This document shows, in pieces, positions 50,461 to 63,527 of a stretch of 64,000 bases of DNA. The stretch covers positions 30,225,091 to 30,289,090 of the forward strand of contig NC_068986.1 of NCBI RefSeq assembly GCF_001194135.2. Direction: 5' to 3'. How positions within the stretch are numbered: position 1 is the first letter of the stretch; each line of letters opens with the position of its first letter. The translations under genes were made by a program, and so were the position numbers. The notes under the pieces were generated by a model. It was given only the letters and a program-made list of their open reading frames with translations, did not search any database and was not told the origin of the DNA. Source of the stretch: Octopus bimaculoides. Lineage: Eukaryota.

Positions 50461-50884
50461 AAAAGAATCGATTGATCAGTTGCAGAATTCATTAGAATTT
50501 AGGTATATAAACAAGTAGGACGAGCAATTTGGAAATAAGTAGATTTGGACTAGTTGCTCTCTGTCTTTTAAACCCACTTTCCCAATAAATTCAATTGTAC
50601 TTTCTCAAAATTTCAATTGTTTCACCACGGTTGTTGGCAAACTGGTTACCTTCCATTTTTGCCTTACCTGATGATGGCAGATTTTTGCTATGATGTAATC
50701 TAAAAATGCATCAATAAAATGCAACCTTACTTATGTTGTGTCTACTGCATGTGTGCAAGTGTGTATGTTTGTGTCCCTTTGTCTTGACATTGTATGATAG
50801 TTCTGAGTATCACTGTCATACAAGCAGTGTCATTCATCTCCAAAATTCTGTGAAAACATGTTTGACTACAGGGAAATATTACCT

Positions 50885-51010
50885 TGCTTGGAATCAAATG
50901 AAGTTGGCAACAGAAAGGGCATCTGGTTGTAAAAAAATCTCCCTTAATAAACTCTGTCCAATCCACGCAAACATGGAGAAGTGAATGTTAAAGCAATGAT
51001 GAAATGATGA
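50885..51010 (+). mobile_element. Old RTE-like 3' end
   Basis: GTTGGCAACAGAAAGGGCATCTGGTTGTAAAA...ACATGGAGAAGTGAATG, then GAT-like tail. Confidence 0.4.
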
Positions 51011-52097
51011 TATAAATGAAATTTCACTCATCTGTGAAGTATCTATTTAGTAAGTAAGTAAAGCATTTATCTCAAAGACAAGACAGCACAAACCATAAAG
51101 CTGTTAACAATAATTTATTCTTTCTTCTACAAATCTGATTAATAATAATAATAGTGTAATAGTTACAGACAATATGTTGTGTCATGTAAATAAGTAAAGA
51201 AGAACAATATTAATTGCTGTTGAGATGGCCATTTTATTTATTTGATTATTATGCAGCCTATTCTCATAAATCTCCTAGTCCAACAAGTGAAAACAATAAG
51301 CTGAGGACTTGTAGTAAATTATGGATTAGTTTTCGACTCTTGGCTTAGACATTCGGTAGCTGTTTACTATGATAGTAGTGATGATGATGGTGTTGATGTT
51401 GATGCTGCTACATCTTTTACTACTAAAGTTAACATTTCTTCTTTGTACTATGTACAACCAGTCATTATTCATGAGCAACTATGGTTTGATAACATTGTTT
51501 TAGGTGCCTATGTAATCACAAGCAGACATAGACACTCTCTAGGTAGGGGAAGGCTTCCTTCTTGACCCAACAGAACATTGAGGATGTGACAGAGAGAGAA
51601 AGGGTGGGGAGAAGACCACACCAACACCCAGCTGGTACTCATCACAGCTGAGCAGACTGAAGAGAGAAAACAGACATCGTTGAATAAAAGGAAATACATT
51701 AATTCATATGAAGTGAACAGATACAGGAAGTGTTTTGCTTGTCAGGTAAAGAACAGTACCACCACAACTGCAAGTTCAAATATAATTGTCTTCTTTTTTT
51801 TTTCTCCCGTCAAATATTTTAAGAAGGAAACAATTCTGAGAATAAACAAAGTGAAGAAGGTTGTTTGTTGAAAGAATATAAGTTGATTAATTGTGTGGCT
51901 TTCTCTTGTGGATTTCTAATTATATAGAAAAAGGTTATAGAAAGGAAGGGCTCTGAATATGGATTATTTGCAGGTAATATATAAAATATACACTACACAA
52001 GTTCTGTAGTTGTTTATTGTTTTGGAATGTTATGTTTACCACTATGTATGGACCAAACCGAAGTAATTCATGTAGTAATAACTATATATATACATAC

Positions 52098-52164
<67 letters not shown>

Positions 52165-52849
52165 NNNNNNNNNNNNNNNNNNNNNNNNNNNNNNNNNNNN
52201 NNNNNNNNNNNNNNNNNNNNNNNNNNNNNNNNNNNNNNNNNNNNNNNNNNNNNNNNNNNNNNNNNNNNNNNNNNNNNNNNNNNNNNNNNNNNNNNNNNNN
52301 NNNNNNNNNNNNNNNNNNNNNNNNNNNNNNNNNNNNNNNNNNNNNNNNNNNNNNNNNNNNNNNNNNNNNNNNNNNNNNNNNNNNNNNNNNNNNNNNNNNN
52401 NNNNNNNNNNNNNNNNNNNNNNNNNNNNNNNNNNNNNNNNNNNNNNNNNNNNNNNNNNNNNNNNNNNNNNNNNNNNNNNNNNNNNNNNNNNNNNNNNNNN
52501 NNNNNNNNNNNNNNNNNNNNNNNNNNNNNNNNNNNNNNNNNNNNNNNNNNNNNNNNNNNNNNNNNNNNNNNNNNNNNNNNNNNNNNNNNNNNNNNNNNNN
52601 NNNNNNNNNNNNNNNNNNNNNNNNNNNNNNNNNNNNNNNNNNNNNNNNNNNNNNNNNNNNNNNNNNNNNNNNNNNNNNNNNNNNNNNNNNNNNNNNNNNN
52701 NNNNNNNNNNNNNNNNGTATATTCAAATAAATATATATATATATATATACATGCAGAGCTAGCAAGAGAACTCCTTTTATATATCCATTTAATTTGCTAA
52801 GACTAACAGCTACATCTTTGCACACCCTGAGTAACAGTAGTAGTTGGGA

Positions 52850-52854
52850 TGATA

Positions 52855-52894
<40 letters not shown>

Positions 52895-53142
52895 CAGTAT
52901 TTATCCCCTACCCCTGCTTGACAACTGGTATTGGTGTGTTTACATCCTATAACTTGGAAGTTTCAGTCATTAGACTGCGGCCATACTGGGGTATTGCCTT
53001 GAATTTTAGTCAAATGAATCAATCCCAGTACTTAATTTTTAAGCCTGCTTCTCATTCTATCAGTTTCTTTTGCCAAACTGCTGAGTTACAGGAACATAAA
53101 CATAAACACACCAAGTAATGATGTCAAGTAATGATGGGAGAC

Positions 53143-53178
<36 letters not shown>

Positions 53179-53230
53179 ATACGCACACAAACACACACAT
53201 GTATGATAGGCTTCTTTAAGTTTCATATAC
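52850..53230. mobile_element. Two opposed family-A SINE fragments
   Basis: Plus fragment GCTTGACAACTGGTATTGGTGTGTTTAC, then minus copy TTTCAGTCATTAGACTGCGGCC. Confidence 0.55.
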
Positions 53231-53252
53231 ATACATACATACNNNNNNNNNN

Positions 53253-53316
53253 CTCAGTCAAATCGTCCAACCCATGCTAGCATGGAAAGCGGACGTTAAA
53301 CGATGATGATGATGAT
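53253..53316 (+). mobile_element. RTE 3' tail fragment after a gap
   Basis: CTCAGTCAAATCGTCCAACCCATGCTAGCATGGAAAGCGGACGTTAAACGATG. Confidence 0.8.
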
Positions 53317-53711
53317 ATATAAGGGTGACTTAATCCTCCAAATGGCCTACATATATATATATATATAGGTCACTGGGGAGATTAAGTCACCATCTATGTT
53401 ATATTTATATACACACACATTACAAAGAAGATAAAATCACCACCTATTGTTATTGTCATTATTATTAGCATCATCATTGTCACCATGAAATATTCTTCTC
53501 ACAGAAGACAAAGCAGAGATGAACCCATCAATCTAGTATAATGACACTCAATTAGTATTATTAGCTATTTAATCAAAAACACATCAGTGTAACAAGAATA
53601 GTCTGAATAAATTAGAATATACATCCTCAAGTAGATTTATCAACAGAATTAATCTTCTTGGACCACATCATTTAAATATGTCATACATATGGCTGGAATT
53701 TAATGATGCTT

Positions 53712-54192
53712 CAGTTCTATATTTAAGAGATGAGGAATTATTTACATTATTTACATTATTTACATTTGACGGATATTTGTCCTCATCTTGTTTGTTGTTA
53801 ACACAACGTTTCGGCTGATATACCCTCCAGCCTTCGTCAGGTGTCTTGGGGAAATTTCGAACCTGGGTTCTCATTCCTAACGATGTTACTATTATTATAT
53901 TATTATTATTATTATTATTACTATTATTAATCAGGTCGCTGCCGTGAATCAAACTCAGAACCTTGGGGTTAGTAGCCCGCGCTCTTAACCACTACGCGAT
54001 CTGATTAATAATAGTAATAATAATAATAATAATAATATAATAATAGTAACATCGTTAGGAATGAGAACCCAGGTTCGAAATTTCCCCAAGACACCTGACG
54101 AAGGCTGGAGGGTATATCAGCTGAAACGTGTTAACAACAAACAAGATGAGGACAAATATCCGTCAAATGTAAATAATGTAAATAATGTAAAT
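53712..54192 (-). mobile_element. Full-length family-E SINE (tRNA head + hammerhead) plus inverted partial copy, within a 15-bp TSD
   Basis: TSD AATTTAATGATGCTT at 53697-53711 and 54193-54207. Minus-strand head GCGTAGTGGTTAAG (A box) and GAGTTTGATTC (B box) at about 53940-53997. Arms 53736-53934 and 54001-54196. Confidence 0.9.
53800..53845 (-). ncRNA. Minimal type I hammerhead ribozyme motif, intact core
   Basis: GACAC-CTGACGA-A-GGCTG(GAGGGTATAT)CAGCC-GAAAC-GT-T|GTGTT: 5-bp stem I, 5-bp stem II, palindromic ACGT in place of stem III. Confidence 0.7.
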
Positions 54193-54260
54193 AATTTAAT
54201 GATGCTTGTTGTGAGTAAATTGGTCAAATAGTTTATTTTGGTCAGCACATGATAATCAAG

Positions 54261-54301
<41 letters not shown>

Positions 54302-55169
54302 AACAAATGATTGATTAACTGATTGATAAGGCATAGATTTCATACCTTGTTGGCTGTTCATATTTGCCCACCTTTACCTCAAGATCAAGAGTACTTTGAA
54401 TAATTCAATTGATTGACTGAATCGCTGTCATCCATACATACAGGCTCGTCCTGTTTGCATTCTTCCAAGAAAAAAAAAATGTCTTGTTAAGAGAAAATAT
54501 TACCTGGGTCAGAAACAGGTGAAGATTTTAACAAGAAGGGTGCCTAGCCATAGAAAATCTATCTCAACAAATTCTGTCTAACCCATGCAAGCATGGAAAA
54601 GTGGTTTGTTAAATTCTTTTATTCTTTTATACATTTCAGTCCTAAGGCTGAGGCCATCATACTGCTGGAACAGTAATGATGATGTTGATGATATAATTTG
54701 TCGTTAGAAAGAATAAGAAGATAAGAAATAACTAAAATTGAAAATAAATTTTCAAATAATGCCAAAGAGAAAAGTGTAAATAGATATTTTGGAGCCACAG
54801 TCTGAGAATGGTGACATATTTGTAAAGATTGTTATAAGGAAGAGAAGAATGGAGTATAGGATATCCTTTAATAAAATTTTAAATAGATTTGTTTCTTTGT
54901 TAGTGTGCAGAAGAAAAATGCTACTAACCCAAGGCCCTCATTTAGAATCTCTTAGGTGTGTCTGGGTAAAGTTGGGGGAAGGCTATTGTTTATAGAGAAG
55001 TTGCTAATGCAATTCATGTGTATAGTTATGTATATGAATCTTTATTGTAAACCAATGCATTATATACACTCAGACTTTTTAGAAGTTAATTCTGTAATAT
55101 AGCTTCTAAATTATATGAATAGTATTGAAAAATGTAGAAACACGCATTTTGTAATGAAGATTTTATTAA

Positions 55170-55388
55170 CCTTTTAGCATTCAGATTATTCTGCCAAATG
55201 TAACGGTTATCTATTCATATTGTTTTTAATTAATTATGCATTATCTAAGAGCTTTGAGATTTCAATGATTTAATTCTATATTTCAGAATGACATTGTAGG
55301 GTAGGTGTGAGAGATGTGATCTGGCTGATTTGAGTGTGAAACAGGTAGACTATTTGGGCCGGATAGGGTCAGTTTAAATGCTAAAGGA
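55170..55388. mobile_element. TTAA-flanked (piggyBac-like) MITE
   Basis: TTAA-CCTTTTAGCATT ... AATGCTAAAGGA-TTAA. Confidence 0.65.
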
Positions 55389-55406
55389 TTAAACTATTTA
55401 TCTTTT

Positions 55407-55790
55407 ATTTTTTACTTGTTTCAGTCACTTGACTGCGGCCATGCTGGACCACCACTTTGGAGAGTCTTTTAGCAGAACACATCAACCCTAAAACATATTT
55501 TTTAAAAGCCTAGTACTTATTCTATTGGTCTCTTTTCATCAAACCACAAAGTTACAGGGACATAAACACACCAACACCATTTGTCACTCAGTGGTGGGGA
55601 CAAACACTCACACACACACTCACACACACACACACATACAACAGGCTTCTTTCAGTTTCTGTCAACCAAATCCACTTGCAAGGCTTTGGTTGGCCTGAGG
55701 CCAGAGTAGAAGACTCTTTCCCGAGGTGCCACACAGTAGGACTGAACCTGGAACCATGTGGTTGGGAAGCAAGCTTCTTACCACACAGTA
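55407..55790 (-). mobile_element. Family-A SINE, near full length
   Basis: Homologous to 116-527; possible TSD ATTTATCTTTT at 55396-55406 and 55796-55806. Confidence 0.85.
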
Positions 55791-56287
55791 AGGTCATTTA
55801 TCTTTTTAAGTAACTTTATTCTCTTAGTGGTTTGTGTGCCACCATCCTTGTCCTCGTTCTTGCCATCCGACATTAGACACTGTGATTTGTTTACCAGCTA
55901 AACTCTATGAGTGTCCATTCTGACATTTCAGAATCTACAGAAATAAGGGAGTTCATTTTTTTCTTTGATCTTTTCATTTATTTATTTTTTTGCTGAATGA
56001 ATAACATATCAAAAGTTTTGTGTGTGGTGGTGGTGGTAGCATAAGTGAAGAAATCCCTTTTTCTCCTTTAAGTTATTTGAGTATTAAGTATGGAACCTAT
56101 CTCTATTCACCATGTTATATGCTGAGTGAACTGGGTTATTCCAACAAATGAAATCAGTTGCATAAAATACAAAATGCAATGATCGTACCTTTACACAAAC
56201 AAGTACATAGAAAACAATTTCTTTCGAGTGTTGAAGAGTATAATAATAATTAGGAATACTAAATACATACAAATAATGACCACATTT

Positions 56288-56678
56288 GTTGTTGTTGTTG
56301 GCACTCCGTCGCTTACGACACCGAAGGTTCCAGTTGATCCGATCAATGGAACAGCCTGCTCGTGAAATTAACATGCAAGTGGCTGAGCACTCCACAGACA
56401 CATGTACCATTAACGTAGTTCTCGGGGATATTCAGCATGACACAGTGTGACAAAGCTGGTCTCTTTGAATTACAGGTACAACAGAAACAGGAAGTAAGAG
56501 TGAGAGAAAGTTGTGGTGGAAGAGTACAGCAGGGTTCGCCACTACCCCCTGCCGGAGCCTCATGGAGCTTTAGGTGTTTTCGCTCAATAAACACTCACAA
56601 CACCCGGTCTGGGAATCGAAACCGCGATCCTACGACCGCGAGTCCGCTGCCCTAACCACTGGGGCATTGCGCCTCCAC
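56288..56678 (-). mobile_element. Family-C SINE with 13-bp TSD
   Basis: TSD AATGACCACATTT at 56275-56287 and 56679-56691. Confidence 0.9.
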
Positions 56679-56719
56679 AATGACCACATTTATACACTAT
56701 ATAGACTACAAGAATATGA

Positions 56720-57040
56720 CCATCATCATCATCATTTAATGAAAGTTTTCTATGCTGGCAAGAGCTGGATGGTTTTACAGGAGCTGGTGAGCCCAGGGCC
56801 CACATGAGGTTCCTTAGTCTGTTCTGGCTTGGTTTCTACAGCCAGATGCCCTTCCTAACACCAACCACTTTACAGAGTGTACTGGGTGCTTTCTATATGG
56901 CACCATCACCAATGCTCTTTACATGGCACCATTACCATTGCTTTTTACATAGCATCAGCACCAGTGTTTTTTACATGGCACCATCATTAATACTTTTTAC
57001 ATGGGTAGACAGGTTCTCTTGAGTACAGCAATGCACTATA
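56720..57040 (-). mobile_element. Old RTE 3' UTR with degenerate subrepeats
   Basis: TTTCTACAGCCAGATGCCCTTCCTAACACCAACCAC, then TTTTACATGGCACCA repeats. Confidence 0.55.
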
Positions 57041-57792
57041 TACCTCAGTCCTTGGTCATCTCCTTTGTGAGATATAAACCAGATTTTTTAATGGTCAAAC
57101 AGTACTTTTTTTCTCCTTCAGCTCAGTGTTATAAAGACAGCTTTTGAATATCATTTTCATTACATAATAAAGATCCACGCTTTGGATTCATTCTCCTCAA
57201 CTAGTCAATCTTACAAAACCTCCACCAATATCAAGACATACAACAGCTGCTGCATTATATCCAACATAACATATGGCTTTTGGTTCAGAAAATGCCAATT
57301 TGAGTTTCATCAGTCACTCTCAACTATCAGAATCATTTTTAACGACCTGCCAGAGGTTAAATTCTCATTTTCCTTAGCTTCCATTCAAAATTCTTTCTTT
57401 ACTTTGCATGCAATTGTCAGACTGTGTAACAATCAGTCTTTTTGTCTGTCCATGCAAGCACATACCATTGTCCTTTGTGTTCTGAATTCTAGTTTTCTTC
57501 CCTGCATTAATTCTCTTTCTTTCACCCTCCATCCACCACACACACACACACACACACCTCTTGTAACAGTTCCTTGCATTAACAAATATACAAACAGCTT
57601 TAGTGATATTAATAAGCTATGAAAATCATTTCATCCAGTCTCATGCTAAATAATTGTATTTGCATGTGGACAAGAGTAAGAGACAGACAGACAGACAGTG
57701 TGTGGTGGTGGTGGTGGTGGTGCTGGGATATATGAGTTTGTTTGTGTATTTTCTCCACCTCTTTCTTTCCCTTTTTCTCCATGTTTCTTATG

Positions 57793-57840
<48 letters not shown>

Positions 57841-58696
57841 TATCATCATGTGTCTGTGTGCTTTTCTAGCATATTGAGCATCATCACAATAGCTTATCGG
57901 TTTCTTCTCTTGAGGGTATTTTTGTAGAATCATCACCGCCATCACCATTATCATTTGTTAACGCTAGTTTAAGAATGGATATGGTGCCTTAATGATGATG
58001 ATTATGACAACGATGATGATTATGACAATGATGATGATTATGACAATGATGATGATGACCTATCAACATATATATCATTGTTGTTTTTCAACTTTTTTTT
58101 TTTGCTTTTTGTTCTGTCTCTATATACATACATGACTCTATCTCGATTCACTACAATTCACAATTCTCTAGACTATTAGCTTCTTCTTAATTCTACATTT
58201 ACTTTGGTTTACCTCAACTCCATTCCACTTTGAGCCACTTTACATCTACCCTCTTTCTAATCTACTCCTTGAATCTTTAATATGCAATTTCAATCAAATC
58301 TAATGTAAGGAATTTCTGGTATCACTAGTTTCTCACTTTTATCAGCTCATCTGGATAAGGCAGTGTACATATTTTATAGCATATTTTTAAATGATAAAAA
58401 TTAACATAGATCCTATGAAAACAGGAAATATAAGGTGTTTTGTAGCTAAAAAAATCTGTGATTATATTAAAAGCTATTAAATTATTCATTTATTGAGAGA
58501 GGTGAAGAGAGGAAGGAAGGGAGGCAGGCAGAGAGGAGGAGGAAGAGAGTAGGAGAGGAGCAGAAAGAGGGAGAAAAGCAGGCAGGGAGAGGGAGGGAGG
58601 AAAGCAGGCAGGGAGAGGGAGGGAGGCAGAGAGAAGGAGGAGAGAGAAAGTGAGAGGCACAGAGGAAGTCAGGGGAAAGGGAAGAGATAGAGTTTT

Positions 58697-58910
58697 CATT
58701 GTCATCATCATCATTTTAACATCCACTTTTCCATGCTTGCATGAGTTGGACGGAGTTTATTGGCTGCAGCTTTTGTATGGCTGGATGTTGCCAACCTTTT
58801 TGTTGCCAACCCTCACCTGTTTCCAGGAAAGGTAACATTCTCCTAAAGCCAGATGTGCTTTCACAAAATATTTGAAATGAACAACACTGCTCATGTGACA
58901 GCAACACTCT
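58697..58910 (-). mobile_element. Old RTE-like 3' UTR variant
   Basis: CATCATTTTAACATCCACTTTTCCATGCTTGCATGAGTTGGAC; similar to 17020-17230. Confidence 0.45.
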
Positions 58911-61262
58911 TTTACACCCTTACACATTCACATATGTATATACAACAAGCTTCTTTCAGTTTCCGTTTACCAAATACACTTACAAGGCTTTGGCCAGCTG
59001 GGACTATAGTAGACAACACTTAACCAAGGTTCTACACAACCATGTCTGCTTACACCTGCACATACGCATGCACCCACTCACATGTGCACACAGGTAATTA
59101 AAGTCCTGATATAGTAGACATCCCAAGAAAAAGTCATGAACATATCAATGTTCAATAACAAATGATATATACACAGGGGCCCCTTCCCCTCAAATAACTG
59201 GCCCTGTGCCAAAATATGAAAGCATTATTATTTCACACCCAAAAACAGAGCAACAAATTTATGGGGAGGGATGAATCAATACCAGAACTTTGATTGAAGT
59301 TTATTGATCTCTTCCACCACCGTAGAGAGTCAAAAGCAAAACTTATCCCTATTGAAATTTGAGACCCGAATATAAAGGGGCATAATAAATGCAACAATGA
59401 ATTTTGTCAATAATTTCTAACATGCACACAAAGCCCCAAATTTGGTGGTGGGTGGAATCATAGTCATTGAAACTGACACTCATTTCCTGGCTGATGCTTA
59501 TCATATCGCCCCCTCGGAAAGATGACAGGCAATGTTGAACTTTGTGGAGTTCAGAATCGGAGCATAGAGAGATATAACTAAACAGACTTTTGTCCAATAT
59601 TGTATGCATCCATCAATCCATCTGCACTTTGTCAAGTATATTAATGATGCTGGTTTATTTTCACTAGATACAAAGGATTTTTATGTAGGGAATGGTTGTC
59701 GGTATTACAAATACTTGCCTTATTGACTGCATAGGGAGAAAATCAAAGCAAGAATATAAAAACAGAACTCAAAAGGATGAGACAAACTTTTTATATATTT
59801 TTACTCAAGTGCTCTACTACCAACTCACTTTTGTAACAATGACAACGATGGTAATAATTATAAGTAGGCTTGTTCAAGAACAATTAAGTGATTCTATACC
59901 CTGTACATAGCTTGATATCCACGTCATGATGATAGTGGGTGCTTAGAACAGTCATTGTTCTCATCAGTACAGGCATGGCTGTGTTGTTAAGAAGCTTGCT
60001 TTGCAACCATGTGGTTTTGGGTTCAGTTCCACTATACAGTACCTCATATTCAAATATTCAATATTTCCTTATCTGTATCTTTCAATACATCTCAATGCTT
60101 CTAAAGCAAACTTTGTTTGTTAACTTTCAACGTAAGTTGAATTTAATATATATATGTATATATATATTGAATTATTAATATTATATATATATATATAAAT
60201 ATACAAGAATAAGGGCAGGGAATCGTCAATTAATAATAGAATTAATAATTAACAATTTTGCCAAGTAGTTCAGTATGAAAAAACCTTTATCGGTAAAACC
60301 ATTTATCATCATAAATATACAGGGATTAGCATTGAGTTGCTTCTCCAACATACTGAAAATTTAGAAATAGCAGTCAAAGAACTACTGATTCTAAACTACA
60401 AATTTTTCTCTAAACGGATGGCGATATTTATTTGTTCTATNNNNNNNNNNNNNNNNNNNNNNNNNNNNNNNNNNNNNNNNNNNNNNNNNNNNNNNNNNNN
60501 NNNNNNNNNNNNNNNNNNNNNNNNNNNNNNNNNNNNNNNNNNNNNNNNNNNNNNNNNNNNNNNNNNNNNNNNNNNNNNNNNNNNNNNNNNNNNNNNNNNN
60601 NNNNNNNNNNNNNNNNNNNNNNNNNNNNNNNNNNNNNNNNNNNNNNNNNNNNNNNNNNNNNNNNNNNNNNNNNNNNNNNNNNNNNNNNNNNNNNNNNNNN
60701 NNNNNNNNNNNNNNNNNNNNNNNNNNNNNNNNNNNNNNNNNNNNNNNNNNNNNNNNNNNNNNNNNNNNNNNNNNNNNNNNNNNNNNNNNNNNNNNNNNNN
60801 NNNNNNNNNNNNNNNNNNNNNNNNNNNNNNNNNNNNNNNNNNNNNNNNNNNNNNNNNNNNNNNNNNNNNNNNNNNNNNNNNNNNNNNNNNNNNNNNNNNN
60901 NNNNNNNNNNNNNNNNNNNNNNNNNNNNNNNNNNNNNNNNNNNNNNNNNNNNNNNNNNNNNNNNNNNNNNNNNNNNNNNNNNNNNNNNNNNNNNNNNNNN
61001 NNNNNNNNNNNNNNNNNNNNNNNNNNNNNNNNNNNNNNNNNNNNNNNNNNNNNNNNNNNNNNNNNNNNNNNNNNNNNNNNNNNNNNNNNNNNNNNNNNNN
61101 NNNNNNNNNNNNNNNNNNNNNNNNNNNNNNNNNNNNNNNNNNNNNNNNNNNNNNNNNNNNNNNNNNNNNNNNNNNNNNNNNNNNNNNNNNNNNNNNNNNN
61201 NNNNNNNNNNNNNNNNNNNNNNNNNNNNNNNNNNNNNNNTATATATATATATATATATATAT

Positions 61263-61490
61263 ATCATCATCATCATCATCATCATTTAACATCCGCTTTT
61301 CATGCTGGCATAGGTTGGACAGTTTGACTGAGGACTGGCAAGCTGGGAGGCTGCACCATGTTCCAATCTGATCTGGCAAGGTCTCTGCAACTGGATGCCC
61401 TTCCTAACGCCAACCACTCCAAGAGTGTAGTGGGTGCTTTTTATGCGCCACCAGCATGGGAGTCAGTCAGGCAGAACTGGTATCGGCACT
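61263..61490 (-). mobile_element. RTE 3' end
   Basis: CATCATTTAACATCCGCTTTTCATGCTGG...GGATGCCCTTCCTAACGCCAACCAC. Confidence 0.8.
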
Positions 61491-61536
61491 GGCATATATA
61501 TAATACACTATGCCAACATGGAAAACAGACACTAAA

Positions 61537-61606
<70 letters not shown>

Positions 61607-61747
61607 TGACGACTCCATACAGTTAACATATTTAATATAGAGATCATCAAAAATCTAATTAGAAAGACTTATGTGATGAAGAAAGGATAATGTAACTCAA
61701 TCACTATTATTATTTCAATCATTTCAGCAAGTATGGGACACAAATCC

Positions 61748-61779
61748 AGACATGTTTCAGTTTTATTACACCTCCTTAG
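61748..61779 (-). ncRNA. Decayed hammerhead-like motif (GAAACATGTC family)
   Basis: Minus strand CTAAGGA-GGT(GTAATAAA)ACT-GAAAC-AT-GT-C. Confidence 0.35.
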
Positions 61780-62739
61780 CAGAACATAGACTTCACTTTA
61801 CCTACTGAACTACACATGCTAGAATCACTAAGTAAATGTGAAATACTATACACAAGGAGGCATGACACGTTAGCAAATTTAAATAAACTTAACTACTCAT
61901 CCATAGAGATTAACAGCCTTGCTTCAAAACTTTGATCTAACCAGCCCACCCACTTAGCTAGACACACAGAAGTCTTAGGTACAAGAAACTTTAATTTTCA
62001 TCTGCTTAAGTAATTCTGTAACAGTTTTCTCATATTTCCTTATTCTGGGACTTTGGGAAAATACCTGGAGATTACATCCGTGCTCATTAATCATTGAAAG
62101 AGGAGTTTAACTATTCCCAGGACACCCATGATTGAGTTTAGTAGGTTCTGTATATCAGACTTAGATATTAAAAATCACTTTGAGCAAAGTTTTGAAGTTT
62201 TTCTCATTTAAATTATTCTACTAGCTTTCTTTTGTTTGATTTTTTTTTTTAACATACCTATCTCCATCTTAGAGTTTAGAGAGGTGGGTAGGCATTTTAC
62301 TGAATTGGTTAGAACCCAAAGATGTAAATGAAGTTTACATCTTGTTGTTATATAGCCCAAAATCACCCCGGATTGTATAAATAGACCTATAATCTAAGTT
62401 GTTCTATCTAAAACTATCCTTCCTGTCTACTTTGCTAACTAAAATATCCTTCCTGTCTACACTCTACTCTTCAATGTACTCCTCTTTTTTAAAGCAGTAG
62501 GGTGTGAATTGAGGAAGATTTGGCTGATATTTCTAGCAGGCTACATGATCATATAGAGGCATCTTCATTGAATTCCATTGCTAACTCGTTTTTCAGTTAG
62601 ATAGACTGAAACAAATATAAAGAGAAAACAATTATGCTTGTGTTGTAGTTGAACTTATAAACCTTAATTGGTTAAACTAATGACATTATAATTAAGGTCA
62701 ATCGGTCTGTAGATTTATCTTGTAAATATTTCCACATTG

Positions 62740-62900
62740 GCAGCAGTTCTCTACCAGTTTTCTTGATTGATTGCATGTTCTTCCACATATTCCTCAACGT
62801 TTGATCTGATGTTCACCTTCAGTTCTTTTTGAAAGGTTCAATCAGGTAAACCAAGTTGTTCCTCTTTCTTGTCCTATTCAGGGCCAGCAGTATGCACCAA
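62740..62900 (-). pseudogene. Possible very old RTE-like ORF C-terminal remnant
   Basis: Minus frame ...GLPD*TFQKELKVNIRSNVEEYVEEHAINQENW*R loosely resembles the RTE GRP..TW/F...DR..WR ending. Confidence 0.25.
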
Positions 62901-62974
62901 GCAAACTTAGGTAATCATTAGCAGAAGCAATAAAACCAGCCACCACCACCCCCAATACATACACACATATTACG

Positions 62975-63120
62975 CGTGCATTCTGAGTTCAAATTCCACC
63001 AGGGTTGAGTTTTTCTTTCGTTGTTTCAAGGTCAATAAAATAAGCACCAGTTGAGCAGTGGAATTGATGTAATCGACTAAACCCCTCCCCCAAATTTACA
63101 GGCCTTGTTCCAAAATTTGA
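62975..63120 (+). mobile_element. Family-D SINE, 5'-truncated
   Basis: TTCTGAGTTCAAATTCCACC...GATGTAATCGACT...GGCCTTGTTCCAAAATTTGA. Confidence 0.7.
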
Positions 63121-63136
63121 AATCAGTACTGTTTCT

Positions 63137-63369
63137 TATTTCTTTATTGCCAACAAGGGGCTAAACATAGAGGGGACAAACAAGGACAGACAAAGAGATT
63201 AAGTCGATTACATCGACCCTAGTGCGTAACTGGTACTTAATTTATCAACCCTGAAAGGATGAAAGGCAAAGTCGACCTCAGCAGAATTTGAACTCAGAAC
63301 GTAGCGGCAGACGAAATACTGCTAAGCATTTCGCCTGGTGTGCTAACGTTTCTTCCAGCTCACCGCCTT
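63137..63369 (-). mobile_element. Family-D SINE, full length, 16-bp TSD
   Basis: TSD AATCAGTACTGTTTCT at 63121-63136 and 63370-63385. Confidence 0.9.
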
Positions 63370-63527
63370 AATCAGTACTGTTTCTGCATACTAATGAAAT
63401 AGTTGTCGCAGAACATGACCAGCTAATCCCATTCTTCGTTTTATAACTATAAATTAATGCACTGAAGAAAATAAATTTAATCAATTAATAATACATGTGC
63501 AATGAGATAAGCAAGAGCAACAACTCT

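Noticed and set aside
50668-50700. CTGATGA-TGGCA...TGCTA hairpin
   Set aside because: Lacks the GAAAN-UH half of the hammerhead core.
57182-57622. 146-aa plus-strand ORF
   Set aside because: No motifs or splice support. The opposite strand shows only faint RTE-like similarity, too weak to annotate.
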